From Parvularia atlantis (taxonomy: Eukaryota), in contig CALSCO010000090.1 of the NCBI GenBank assembly GCA_943704415.1, positions 1 to 64,000 of the forward strand: DNA of 64,000 bases. The letters are read 5' to 3'. Of the stretch, positions 48,870 through 60,244 are shown one piece after another. A program made the translations under genes and the position numbers. The notes under the pieces are model-generated. The model was given only the letters and a program-made list of their open reading frames with translations, was not told the DNA's origin and ran no database searches. Every line of letters begins with the position of its first letter. Positions within the stretch are counted from its first letter, which is position 1.

Positions 48870-50524
48870 ATGGCGGCGAATGATGACACGGTGCGCGATC
48901 GTCGTGCGCAACGCGGGCCGCGCTCACGGCGCCCGGCGCACCGTCCAGGCCGAGCTGCAGCGCTTCCGCGACGCGTGGAAGCGCGACCTGCAGGAGCGGC
49001 ACACGAGTGCGCTGCGGCTGTACAACGAGGGTGCGCTCTGTGCCGCTTGCCGTGGGTGCGGCGAACCGCTGACCGATGCGCGCGTCGCAAGCGCTCGTGT
49101 TGGAGGCCGACGGCATGATCAACGAGGGTGCGCCGCCGCCCGCGCGGCTGGGGCGGCCGATTGACCTGCTGCGCGGCACGCAGCGATCCAGTCGTACCGG
49201 CGCGCGTTCAAGCTTGACCCGGACGTCGAGAAGGCGCTGCGCAACGCCCCGCGCGCCAGCACACAGCCCGCCACCCCGCAGCCCACCACCCCGCAGCCTG
49301 CCATCGCCACAGCCGCCGTACCGCCCGCCGGCCACGCATCGTCCCAGCCGAGGCCAGAGCCGGACGCGCCGGTGGCCGTGGTTGTGCCCGCGCGCATCCA
49401 CGCGGACCCGGTGCTGCAGGCGCTCGCCGACGTCGACACGACGATGCGGCCACGCGACGAGGCGCAGGACGCGGCCATACTGCGCCTGCCGGACGAGCTC
49501 GTGCTCGCGATCTTCACCGCCGTGGCCGAGCAGTCCGTGGCCGGGCTCGCGCGGCTGTCGAAAGTGTGCCGGCGGTGGTGCGCGCTCTCTGCGGCCGCCC
49601 GTGACGTCGCTCACGCGCTTCGTGCGGCAGGTACGTGCTCACGCAGGAGCCGGTCATCTGGAGGCGGCTGTGCGAGCTTGCGTGGCCGCAGGCCGAGTTC
49701 CAGGCAAGCGGTTCCGCATCCGCGCTCGGCGTTGATGCTGAAATACGCACAGCTCGGTTTTTTCAAGAGCGACTGGAAGCTCATGTACACCGACCGGCCG
49801 CGGCTGCGCACCGACGGCGCGTACATCGCCAAGGTGACCTACCTGCGACAGGTGCGCGCGCGCGCTAGCCTCTTGGCGCGGCGCTGAGCGTGCCGGCCGC
49901 ACCAGGGCGAGAGCGACACCTACTACCAGCCGGTGCACCTGGTGACGTACTACCGCTACCTGCGCTTCCAGCCGTCTGGGACGGTGTACTCGCTGGTGCA
50001 CGCTGTGTGTTGCGGCGCGCGCACGCTGATCGCTGCGGCCCAGCTGACGAGCGACGCGCCCGCGGCCGTTGTGTCACACCTGCGCGAGGGCAAGGACGCG
50101 GCCAAGGGCCTGATGGTGGGCGCGTACGTCACGCGCGAGCACCTGGACGACCCGCGGCCGTACGTGGGCGTGAAGGTGCGCGCGCGCACGTTGCGAAGCG
50201 TGCTGCGCTGACACGACCGATCGGGCGCAGCTGTGGATGCGCGCGCCGTCCGGGTCTCAGGCGCGCTACACGTACGTGATGCACCTGCGCCTGCGCAGCA
50301 CGATCCCGGGCGCGAGCAACAAGCTCTCGCTCGCGTCGTACTACTCGTTCGACCACGGGCTCTACGGCGCGGCGTGGGGCGTCATCGGCGACGCGGACGA
50401 CGCGGACGACGCCGACGCGGCCGCCGTGCCCGCGCACGTGCGCACCGTGTACGACGTCAGCGCGGCCAAACCCTTTACCTTCTCGCGCGTGCGGAGCTAC
50501 GCAGCCGCGGCAGGGTTAATGTAA
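48870..50524 (+). CDS. FBXO9: F-box protein FBXO9/Hrt3
   Basis: ELQRFRDAW, AIQSYRRAFKLDPD, F-box LPDELVLAIF, RPRLRTDGAYI, HLVTYYRYLRF, FTFSRVRSY. Confidence 0.88.
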
Positions 50525-50726
50525 AGGCTTTCCAGCAGCGCGCAGCGGCACAAGTGATGACAAATATCACCGCCCGAAACGGGAAGTGAGACGTCGCATC
50601 CACGTGCGGCGCGCGTTCCAGAAGGGTTTCAGGCACTTTCGTCTCCTTTGTCTGCGGCCGCCGCGCTCGTCCCGCGCCGGCCGTTCGCCCTCGCCCCCCG
50701 CGCCGCCGCCCTTCCAGCAGCGAACC

Positions 50727-51654
50727 ATGCGTCGGGCAGGTGCGCCGTGGTGGCCCTTACCGCGCATGGCGTGCCGACCGTGCGCGCCGCAGCTGTCGCG
50801 CTCGCCGTCCTCGCGCTCGCAACGGCCCTCGTCGCCGCCGATCCCTTCGAGCGCTCGGCGGACGAGCTGCGCGCGCGTCTGCAGCGCCGCGACGGTGCGG
50901 CGGGCGCCCGCCTCCCCGTGTGCGCGGCGTGCGGCTCACGACGACGCGCGAACAGGCGCGTGCTATCTCAACGGGAACAGCTCGCTCGGCGCCTGCGTTG
51001 ACATCACGTCTGTCCTCTCGTCCGTCGGCTTCTGCAGTGCGTCGGGGCCACCGCGGCGAGCGCGACGGGCCGCCCCTCACGCCGCGCGAAATGCCGCCGC
51101 CGCCGCGCAGCCTTCGACGCGTACCAGGCCACGCAGATCTGCGTCTCTGGCGGCTCAGAGGGCGCGCTCGAGACCGACCAGAACACGCAGAGCGTCTACA
51201 ACCAATACCGCGGCCAGGTCGGCTCAGGCTCCTCGTGCCTCAACGCGTACCAGAGTGCGTCCAAGGCTGCTCCGATGCGAGCCGTGTGCTCACCGCCGTG
51301 ACGGCCGGCCGTGCACAGACTATCTCTGCGCGATCGCCTTCCCGCAGTGCGTCAACGGCCATTCGGTCTTCCTGTGCGAGTCCACGTGCAAAAACTACTA
51401 CAAGTTCTGCACCGACGGCACGACGGGCCAGTCGCCCGACTGCGCCACAGATGTGCGTTGGGGGATGCCGGGGTTCGTGCGCGCATCGTCTGAAGCATGC
51501 GGGTCTCTGCACACAGCCGCCCCAGGGCATCGCCATCGTCGCCGGCTCGACGGGCCCTTCGCTTCAGTGCACGGGCGCCGGGGCCGCGCTGCTGCCGTCG
51601 CTGGCCGTCGCGCTCGCGGCCGTGCTGTTGGCGGTGCTCGCGCACCAGCTGTGA
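50727..51654 (+). CDS. Small secreted, probably GPI-anchored Cys-rich protein with Frizzled-CRD-like domain
   Basis: Signal MRRA|AVALAVLALATALVAA; CLNAYQNYLCAIAFPQC...LCESTCKNYYKFC; C-terminal CTGAGAALLPSLAVALAAVLLAVLAHQL. Confidence 0.75.
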
Positions 51655-51748
51655 ACTGTTGGTCTTCCTCCTTGTGATCCTTCCGGGGCCGCACCGCACA
51701 GTACTACATTTCCCTCACCACCACCACCCGCTGCTGCGCCTCGCGTTC

Positions 51749-54415
51749 TTACTTCTTGCGCACGATCATGTTCTTCATCAGGTCGAAGCTGTTGCCGTCC
51801 GGCTGGTGCTCGTACAGCTCGCCCGGGTTGCGCACGCTCCGCGTCAGCAGCAGGCCTTGCGCGCTGATGCCTTCGATCACGGCCTCGGCGCCGCCAAAGC
51901 TGTCCAGCACGACGCGCTGCCCGCTGTGTGCCCAGTCGGCGTGTCAGCGCAGCACGCCAGCCTGCGGTCGACACGCATGCCTGTGCAGCCAGTAGCCGTA
52001 GTACAGCGGCAGGAGCGGCATAAAGCTGCCGTGTTCGTTCATCATGCCTACCAGGCTCTCGAACGACGCGAGCACGCGCGCGAGCAGCTCCTGCGGTCCG
52101 CCCGCGGTCAGCGCCCTCACACGCGCCCGCACCCCTCTGCCAGCCACGCGCCTCCTTGCGCAGCAGGTCCAGCGCCGTGCCGTAGCGCGCGTTGTGCCGC
52201 CCGATCAAATCGTTGACGCAGTCGGTCGGCTCCGAGTTATTCAGGTTGACGCCGCAGCCTGCCCGCGGGTGATCAGCCCCGCAAGGGTGGCGCGCCAGGC
52301 CAGCAGCACGCGGCACGCGCCGACTATCAGGTTGAAGATGTTCTCGTAGAAGCTCGAATTGACCAGCACGCCGCCGATCTTGCGCAGCACGGGCGCGCCG
52401 TCCGCACCGATCTCGCGCGAGTAGATGTCGTTCGGCCACTTGATGGCCATGCCGATGTCCTGCCGCACAACCACGTTGAACGTGTTGTGCGTGCGACCCC
52501 GCCGCGCACCTTGTAGCCGGGCTTGGAGCGCACGGCGTCGACCACGGCGAGCGCCATGAGGTACTGCACAAAGACGACCGTGCTTGCGTCGCGGTGCCGC
52601 AGCGCGACCGAGAACTGCAGGCACCCGGCCGATGACACCCAGTGGTTCTGGCCGCGGCCTGCGCGCGCCGCCGTGTGGGCCGCGCTGCGATCGCGCACGA
52701 CTGCCGAGCACACCTCGCCCCGAGACCTGGTGCGCGGCCGTGCACACGAGGCCGTCAGGCAGCGCGCGCAGCATGGCCGGGTTGCTGCGGGGCGGTCAGC
52801 GTGAGCAGCAGCACGGTGCACTGCGCGAGGGCCACACCGCTCAAGCACGGTCTGCGTCGACGTGATCACGTCCGTGTACATCAGCGCTGCGCCGAGCTGC
52901 CGCGCGCCGAGCTCGCGCCGATGCTGGAAGAAAAGCTGGCCGTGTCGCGCGCGGTCAGCACGGCACGGCGCGCTTAGCCGCACAGTGGCGCGCCTGTGAG
53001 TCGAACGCCGTGCGCAGCCGCTCGTTCGGCACGGACTGCAGCGCAAGCAGGGACACGCGCCAGGGGCTGCCGTCCGCCGGCCCAAGCGCGATCGTGTCTA
53101 AACCGGCGCCCTCAGCAGCACACGCCCGCCACACGTCCACGCACAGTCCGGGTCACCGGTCTCAAGCCGCGGCGGCTCTCCGTCCGGCTGGAACGCGCAG
53201 CGCACGATCGTCTCCCACACGGCCGCCCTGCATGCTCGCCGTCAGTGACACACGATGTCGGCGCGGCCCACGCACGCCGCCGGGTCCGACGGGGCCAAGT
53301 CCTGCACGATGAGCGCGACGTCCGTCAGCGGCGGGTTCTCGATCGCCTCGTCGCTCGTGCGCAGGCCGAGTCGTCGCAGCGTCGAGCGCATGAGCAGGCG
53401 CCGCGCGGGGTCGTCGCCGAGCAGCGCGGCGGCGGTCGAGCCCTCGGGCCCACTGGCCAGCTTGGCCTCGTACTCGATGTGCACGCCCGACAGGATCGCC
53501 GTGCCGCGCCCGACCTGGCACTCGACAATCGCGGGCTTGCCCGCCCCGACGCCCTCGGTGTAGCGCGCGAGCGTGCGCACGTGCTCGAGGCCCTCCGGAT
53601 CGAAGCTGCACGGGCACGCGGTTGAGTTACACATCGGCGTGAGCACCAGGCTGCCTCACGCACGTGCACCCGCCGTTGTAGTACACGCCGACGAGCGCCT
53701 GGCTGAGGTCGACCATCTGCGCCGTGTCGACGGCGACCGACACAGCGCGCGCGCCCTCCTCCGAGTTGTACACGAAGCCCGGGTACACGCCGCTGCGGGG
53801 CACGGACGCGGCGGATCAGGCTCACGCGTGGCCGCCAGCCGCCGCCGCACCCGCGCCCGGTGCCCGGAAAGAGCGCGAGCTCGCGCGGCGCGTTGACTTG
53901 GAGCAGCGAGCCAAGCTCAAACTCGACGCAACGGCACGCGTAGTACGCGCCCGCACACAGCCCGAGGTAGCTCCCGCCGTTCTCGACGTAGCGGCGGATC
54001 TGCAAGTTGGCTGCGCGTCGTCTGAGCCGTGCCAACAGCATCACACGCACTGCGCACCGGCGCCGGCCAGGTGCCGCGCGTAGGGCGTGTCGCGCCCGCC
54101 CGGCATCACAAGCAGCGCGGTCGACTCCTGCGCGCGCGCGCCGCACGCAAACGTCACGTGCGCACGGCGCCGCGAGCCGGACGCACGGCCCACGGCTGCT
54201 GCGCGAGGAGCCGGGCGTCGACGCGCTTGACGTCGTAGCGGTGCCCGAGCCAGCGGGTGAGCGCGGCCACGACGTGACGCAGCAGGTTGGGCCCCACGCC
54301 CTGGCCCGTATACACGAGCCTGCCGCGCGCGCGCGCGTGCGCGTTGCATCGGCGTGAGCAGGGCGCAGCAGCAGGCGAGAGAGAGGGCCGCGCCGCACAC
54401 GTCGCTCGCCACCAT
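51749..54415 (-). CDS. BPL1: Biotin-protein ligase with BPL_N domain
   Basis: MVASDV|LVYTGQG, VMPGGRD, YLGLCAGAYY, YYNGG, GVHIEY; QVSGRGRG, KWPNDIY, KIGGVL, QPDGNSFDLMKNMI. Confidence 0.95.
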
Positions 54416-54457
54416 GTTTGTGTGACAGATCGAACGTCGCGGCGAATATCGAGCGCG

Positions 54458-55171
54458 ATGCAGGCGTGCATCATCCGCGCGCTCGGCCGTGCTGATCGTG
54501 GCGCGCTGACGGCGGCCGGGGGGTCGCACAGCTCTCGCGCCTCGCGTCGCCGCTGTTGATCGCGCAGCTGCTCGAGCTGGCCGTGCTCGCGACCGCGTTC
54601 GGGTTCATCGGCTCGGTCCTGCGCGGGCCCAACCGCGAGGCCGTTCAGAGCAACGTCAACGGGTTCTACTGGCAGCTGCTCACCGTCTCCGACACGCTCA
54701 ACGGGCTCTATGTGGCCCTACTGACGCTGTACATCGCGCCGCTTGTGTTTGGCGTGGTGCAGGACGCGCGCAAGACCGGCCGGCGCGTCGAGGCGTTCTT
54801 CGCCGTCAGCCCCTTCTACATCAACCTCTACATCTTCATCGTCTTTGTCAAGGTCGCGCGCACTCACCCGCACCGCGCCTGCACGCGCACGGTGGCTGAC
54901 GTCGCGGGCGGGTGCGTGCGCGGCGCAGTTTGCCCTCGTCCTGCTGTGCATCCTGTTCCTCATCTTCACCATCATCAGCTTCCAGGCGCCGCTGCAGGCG
55001 CTTCAGTTCAGCGCCGACGTCTTCGCCGTGTTCCGCGCGCAGGACGGCTACAGCGCACTCTTTGGCGCGACGATCGTCTACGGCGTGCTCGCGTTCGTGC
55101 TCAACGTGGAGCTGTTTGCGTGCGTGTACCTGCTCGGGTGGGAGCACGCGGTCGCGCGCATCAAGGGCTGA
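54458..55171 (+). CDS. Hypothetical ~4-TM membrane protein
   Basis: MQ micro-exon + GC-AG intron, then four hydrophobic segments; second intron near 54853-54928; no family recognised. Confidence 0.65.
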
Positions 55172-55313
55172 GCTCCGGCGCGTGACACGCCGCATGCCGC
55201 GCGGCGCTCTCTGTAACAGCAACTGTGCAGGATTTTTTTTTTTGAAGCCTTGAAGAAAGAAAGCAGAACGACAGTGTCTCACGCGCGACAAGAGAAGCAT
55301 TGCCTGCCCGCCT

Positions 55314-57300
55314 TCACTTGGGCGTTCGGATGAGCGGCCGGCCGGCCGTGTCGATGTTGCGCAGGTGCGCGCCGGCATCGTTGTCGTCGTCGTCGTCGTC
55401 GTCGTCCGCGATGGGGTAGCTCTCAAAGTACGTGCCCTGGAACGGCGCCGGCGCGGCGTGTGCGCGAGCAGGCGACTTGCTGCTACCCATGGCGCCCGCG
55501 CTCGACGTGCGCGCCATGACTGTGCTGTAGGGCGCCTGCCGCCCGGCGATGCGCACACTCAGGCCGTGCGGTGCGCCGGTGGGCTGCGAGTGCGGCGGTG
55601 TCGGCGTGCCCGCCGCCGCACCGCCCGCCGCGCCGGCCGTGTTGACGCGCAGCCCGGCCGACGGCGTCCCGTGCGCTATCCCGTTGCTGACGGCGCCGGG
55701 CGCGGCGGCCCCGGCCGCGGCTGATACGACGGCGCGCAGGGCGTTGGAGCCGCCGATGACAAAGTGCGCGCCGCTGGTGCGGTGCTTGCGCGTGCGCCGC
55801 GCGATGTCGGTCTCGTCATCAATCTCCTTGTTGATGAGCTCCTCGATCACGTCCTCAAGCGTGATCACGCCCAGCAGCTCGCGCCCGTTGAACCCGTCCT
55901 CGCGCTGAATCGCTGCCATGTGGCTCTTGCCCGACTCGAACGTGTGCAGCATGTCGTACAGGTGCACGGTCGGCGCGACAAAGACGACCGCGCTCAGCGG
56001 CAGGTCGCCCACGAGCTTGGGCTGGCGCGGGTCGTAGCCCAGCAGGTCCTTGACGATCAGCAGCCCGACGAGTTTGTGGATGTTGCCCTTGTACACGGGC
56101 ACGCGGCTGTGGCCTGCGCCAGAGTGGTGAGCGCGGCCAACAGTGCACGCGCAGACCGGCGCGCACCGTGGTGCCGGATCTCGTTAAACAGGGCCTGGTC
56201 GAGCACAGCGTCGGCGTCGATCATGAACACGCGCTCAATGCTGGTCATGGCGTCGGTCACATGCTTGTGCGTCATGTCGAGCGCGCCGCGGATGACGAGG
56301 ACCTCGTCGTTGGACAGCGGCTCCTCGTTCTCGGCCGTGGCCGTCGCGTGCATCTGCACCAGCTCCGACAGCTCCTGCCGGCGGTAATAGGTGCCGTGGT
56401 CCGTGCCTAGCACACTGCGGCCGCGGTCAGACGGCGAGCGGTACGGCCGAGCACGTCCGCACCGATCGAGCAGCTTGCTGATGGGGTAGGAGATCACGAA
56501 GAAGACGCCGATGATGCCCCAGACGAGCCTGCGGGGCACGGCTGAGCGCGCCGGTCGAGACGGGGTTGCGCGCGCACCACTTGACTTTGGCGCCGATGGC
56601 GAGGCCGTAGCGGCTGCAGACGGCCTGCGGGATGACCTCGCCGAAGAAGAGCACGGCCGTGACCGAGATGACGACGGCGGCGACGGGCGACGTGAGGCGG
56701 TCGAGGACTGCGGCGGTGTGAGACGGGGGCGGGCGTCGGCCGCGCCGGGTCTGCGGCGCACAGAGCGGCAGCGCCTCCATGCAGATCGCGTTGGCGAGCA
56801 GCAGCGTCACGAGCAGCAGGTGGTGCTGCTTGACGAGCGGGAGGACTGCACGCGGCGCACGGCCGTCAGCGGCGGCGGCGGATGCGGATGCGCGGCGCAC
56901 GACGACGCACTGGCGCGCGCGTGCTTGCGCTCGTCCTCGTCGCCCCCGTTCATGATGACCGTCAGCGACGTCGTGTCGAACGAGAGCAGCCCGAGCGTCA
57001 GGCCCGACATCAGCCCTGCGCCCGCCGACCACCGCGCCTGAGCCGCGCACACGGCCGCCGCGCACCCGCGCCGCGCACCCGCCAAGAGCACGAGCACGAT
57101 GCACACGACGATGAACAGCCAGAACGTGGGAGAGCTGGGCGACAGCGCCTCCTCGGCCTCGTCCTGCGCGCGCCCGCCGCATCGGCCTTCCCCCCGCCGG
57201 CGGTTGGCAGCACACAGCGCGCGCGCACCCACAACGTGCCGTCGCTGCACTCGAGCCGCGTCGCGCTCACGAGCGCGCACACGAGTTGTTCGCCGCTCAT
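55314..57300 (-). CDS. CNNM/Mam3-family DUF21 + CBS-pair metal transporter
   Basis: AGLMSGLTLGLLS, HHLLLVTLLLANAICMEALP, FGEVIPQAVCSRYGL, GHSRVPVY, GKSHMA, ITLEDVIEELI. Confidence 0.94.
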
Positions 57301-57340
57301 CGCCTCAATCCAGATTGTACAAAAAAGCACACACGGCGCG

Positions 57341-58970
57341 TCACCCGCTCGCCTTGCCCGCAGCCACCTTACTCTTGTCGGCGCTGATGCGGCCCGAGAC
57401 GAGCGCGAGCGTGGCGGCGTCTGGGCGGGCGGGCGGTGTGAGTGCACAAGGCAGTCCACCGCCCACGTGCGCACACACCGACGGGCTTGCGGCAGCGCAG
57501 CGCGAGATTGAGCCGCGTCGGGTTCGCGCGCTCCTCGCGCTTGTACTTGTACTTGATCTGGCGGCGGTCGCGGCCGGGAAACATGGTCGCGATCAGCGTA
57601 AAGTCGGTGCCCCAGAACTGCAGCGCCTCGAAGAACCGGTTGGTCTCCTCGGGCGTCCAGCGCTCGCTCGGCGGCCGGTGCGTGTACGAAGCGCTCGTGA
57701 CGCGCGTGCCCGTGTCGAGCGTGAGCGTGCTGTCGTACACGACGGGCTCGCTGTTGCCCGCCGGCACGACCAGCGACTGCTCATCCAGCACAAGCTTGCC
57801 GTCGACGATGCGCACCTGCGGCGCGTACGACACGTTGGCCGCCTCGGACGGCATCTCGGGCGCGGGCGCGCTGGGCCGCCCTGGCCCCGCTGCCGCCTTG
57901 CGCGCGTCGCCCTCGGCCGAGCCGCTCTCGTCGCGCAGGCGTTTGCGCTCCAGCGTCGACTTCATCGCCTCGCCGCTCTGCACGTAGATGTACGACGCCA
58001 TCGTCATGTGCTTGGGCGGGTGCGGCGCCTCGCCCTGCGCGGCCGTTCAGCAAGCTCGCTTGAAGCGCGGGACGGCAGCGCGCACTGAGGACAACGTGCG
58101 CGGCCGGCCGCGCGCCGTCGGGTCGCGCCGGAAGCTCTTGCGGCCGAGGGCGTTGCGCTTGGGCGCGAGGCTGCGCTCGCCACTGGTGCGCTCATCGTTG
58201 TCGTCGTCATCATCATCGTCGTCATCGGCAGCGTCGTCCTCGTTGTCGCTGCGGCCGCTCGCGTCGCCGCCACTCGCCTCATCCTCGTCTGCGTCATGGC
58301 CGTTGAAGTCGATGTCGCCGTCGCCGCCGGCCTCGTGCCCCTCCTTGACCGCCAGTTTCTTCGCCTCGCCCGCCTTGGCGATGCTCTGCAGCCGCGACGT
58401 GAGCGCCGGTCGCGCCACGGCCGCCGGTTCCGGCCGCGTCGACGATGCGGCGGCGGGCACGGCAATGACCTGCGCCGGCCGCGGCGACGACACCGCCGTC
58501 GGCACGGCGACCACTTGCCCCGGCCGCGGCGACGCCAGCACGAGCGGCGGCACACGCACGGATGTGACGGCGATGCGCGAGGCCGACTTGACCACGGGCA
58601 CAACCGGCTCCGGCAGCGGCAGCGGCTCGTCGGCGGGCTCGGGCTCCGGCTGCGTCGCGGCCACCGCTGCTGCCGGTGCTGCTGCCGGTGTCTCGGACGG
58701 CTTCGGCTGCTGCTGCTCATCCTCTTCCTCCTCGTCATCATCGTCGTCGTCGTCCTCCTCCTCCTCATCGCTCGAGATGCGCCGCTTGCTCGGCGACCCC
58801 GCCGCCGCCGCCGCTGCCGCCTGCCCCTGCGAAGATGCGCCCGCCGGCCGATCGGGCGACGCGCTCGGCCGCGACGCCGTCAGCACGGGCCCGTGCACGC
58901 CTGGCGACGGAGTGCGATCAGCAGAGGGGCGAGACGCGCACTGCACGGCCACACCTTTGCGCAGCGCCAT
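57341..58970 (-). CDS. BDP1: TFIIIB subunit B''/Bdp1 (SANT/Myb domain)
   Basis: APQVRIVDGKLVLDEQSL, TSASY, WTPEETNRFFEALQFWGTDFTLIATMFPGRDRRQIKYKYKREER. Confidence 0.9.
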
Positions 58971-58984
58971 CTCACGCGTGTCCG

Positions 58985-60219
58985 ATGGCGGCGAGAAGTG
59001 TGACCGACCAGCTGGGCGCTCTGTCTCTCGTGCGTCTCGTCTCGTCCGCCTCGCTCGCGTTCGCTGCCACGGCCGGACGCTGACGGGGGCGCGCAGCGCG
59101 AGGCGCCCGCCGATCGTGCGCAGGACGCGCGACGGCAGCCGCCGCCCGCCGGCAGTGCGGCGCCGACCACGCGCAGGCCGCGGCAGCGATACCAATACTT
59201 CTGCGTGATCGATGTCGAGGTGCGGCGGTGCCGTCAAAGACGGACCCGCACGTGACGCGTGCCGCAGGCGACGTGCGAGGAGGACAAGGCGTTCAGCTTC
59301 GACAACGAGATCATCGAGTTCCCGGCCGTGCTGCTGGATGGGCGCACGATGCAGACGGTGCACGGCCACGCCGTCTCGTGCGCGCCCGTCTAATTCTGTG
59401 CGGCTCACAGATCGACACGTTCCACGCCTACGTGCGGCCGGTGCGCGCGTGCGCGTGTCCAGGCGCGCGGCTGTGGGCTGACAGAGCGCGTACGAAGGTT
59501 CTTAACCCGACGCTGTCAGCGTACTGCACAAAGTTGACGGGAATCACGCAGGCGCAGGTCGACGCGAGCGACACGTTTCCCCTGGTCTGTCTGAGCACGG
59601 CCGTGCACGGCGCCGGTGTTGATGCACGCGCCCGTGCACAGGTGCTCCAGCGCTTCGAGACGTGGCTGCGCGGGCACGGCCTGCTCAACCAGCACGCAAA
59701 CACGGTCGCGTTCATCACGGACGGGCCGTGGGACCTGCGCGACTTTGTGCTGGACAAGCAGTGCGGCCTGTCGGGCATCGCGCGCCCGGCGTACTTCATG
59801 CGCTGGATCGACCTTCGCCTCGTGCGTGCCTGGGCGGCGCGTCAAGGAGGGTGACGTCGTGTGCGCCAGTCGTTCCGCTACTACTTCGACACGCGCGAGC
59901 GGTTCAGCCTCGACGGCATGCTGCGCAAGCTCGGGATGCAGTTCGAGGGCCGGCCGCACGCCGGGATGGACGACACGCGCAACATCGCGAGGGTCGCGCG
60001 CGAGCTGATGACGTGCGCCGGTCGCGGTTGCTCGCGCACAGCTCGAGCTCACGCATGCTGTGCGGCAGCCGCGGCGCCGACCTCAAAATCAACAGCCACT
60101 TTGACTCGAGCACGCCGGTCTACACGCCCGGCACGGCCGCGCGGCGCACGGAGCAGCGAGCGCGGTCGGTCGAGGTCGAGCGCGGGGCGCAGGGGGCGCA
60201 GGACGCGTCGCGGGCCTGA
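58985..60219 (+). CDS. DEDDh 3'-5' exoribonuclease, ERI1 family
   Basis: YFCVIDVE|ATC, EIIEFP, FHAYVRP, CTKLTGITQ, TDGPWD, FEGRPHAGMDDTRNIA. Confidence 0.92.
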
Positions 60220-60244
60220 GACCACTTCGACTTTTTACAGTTAC

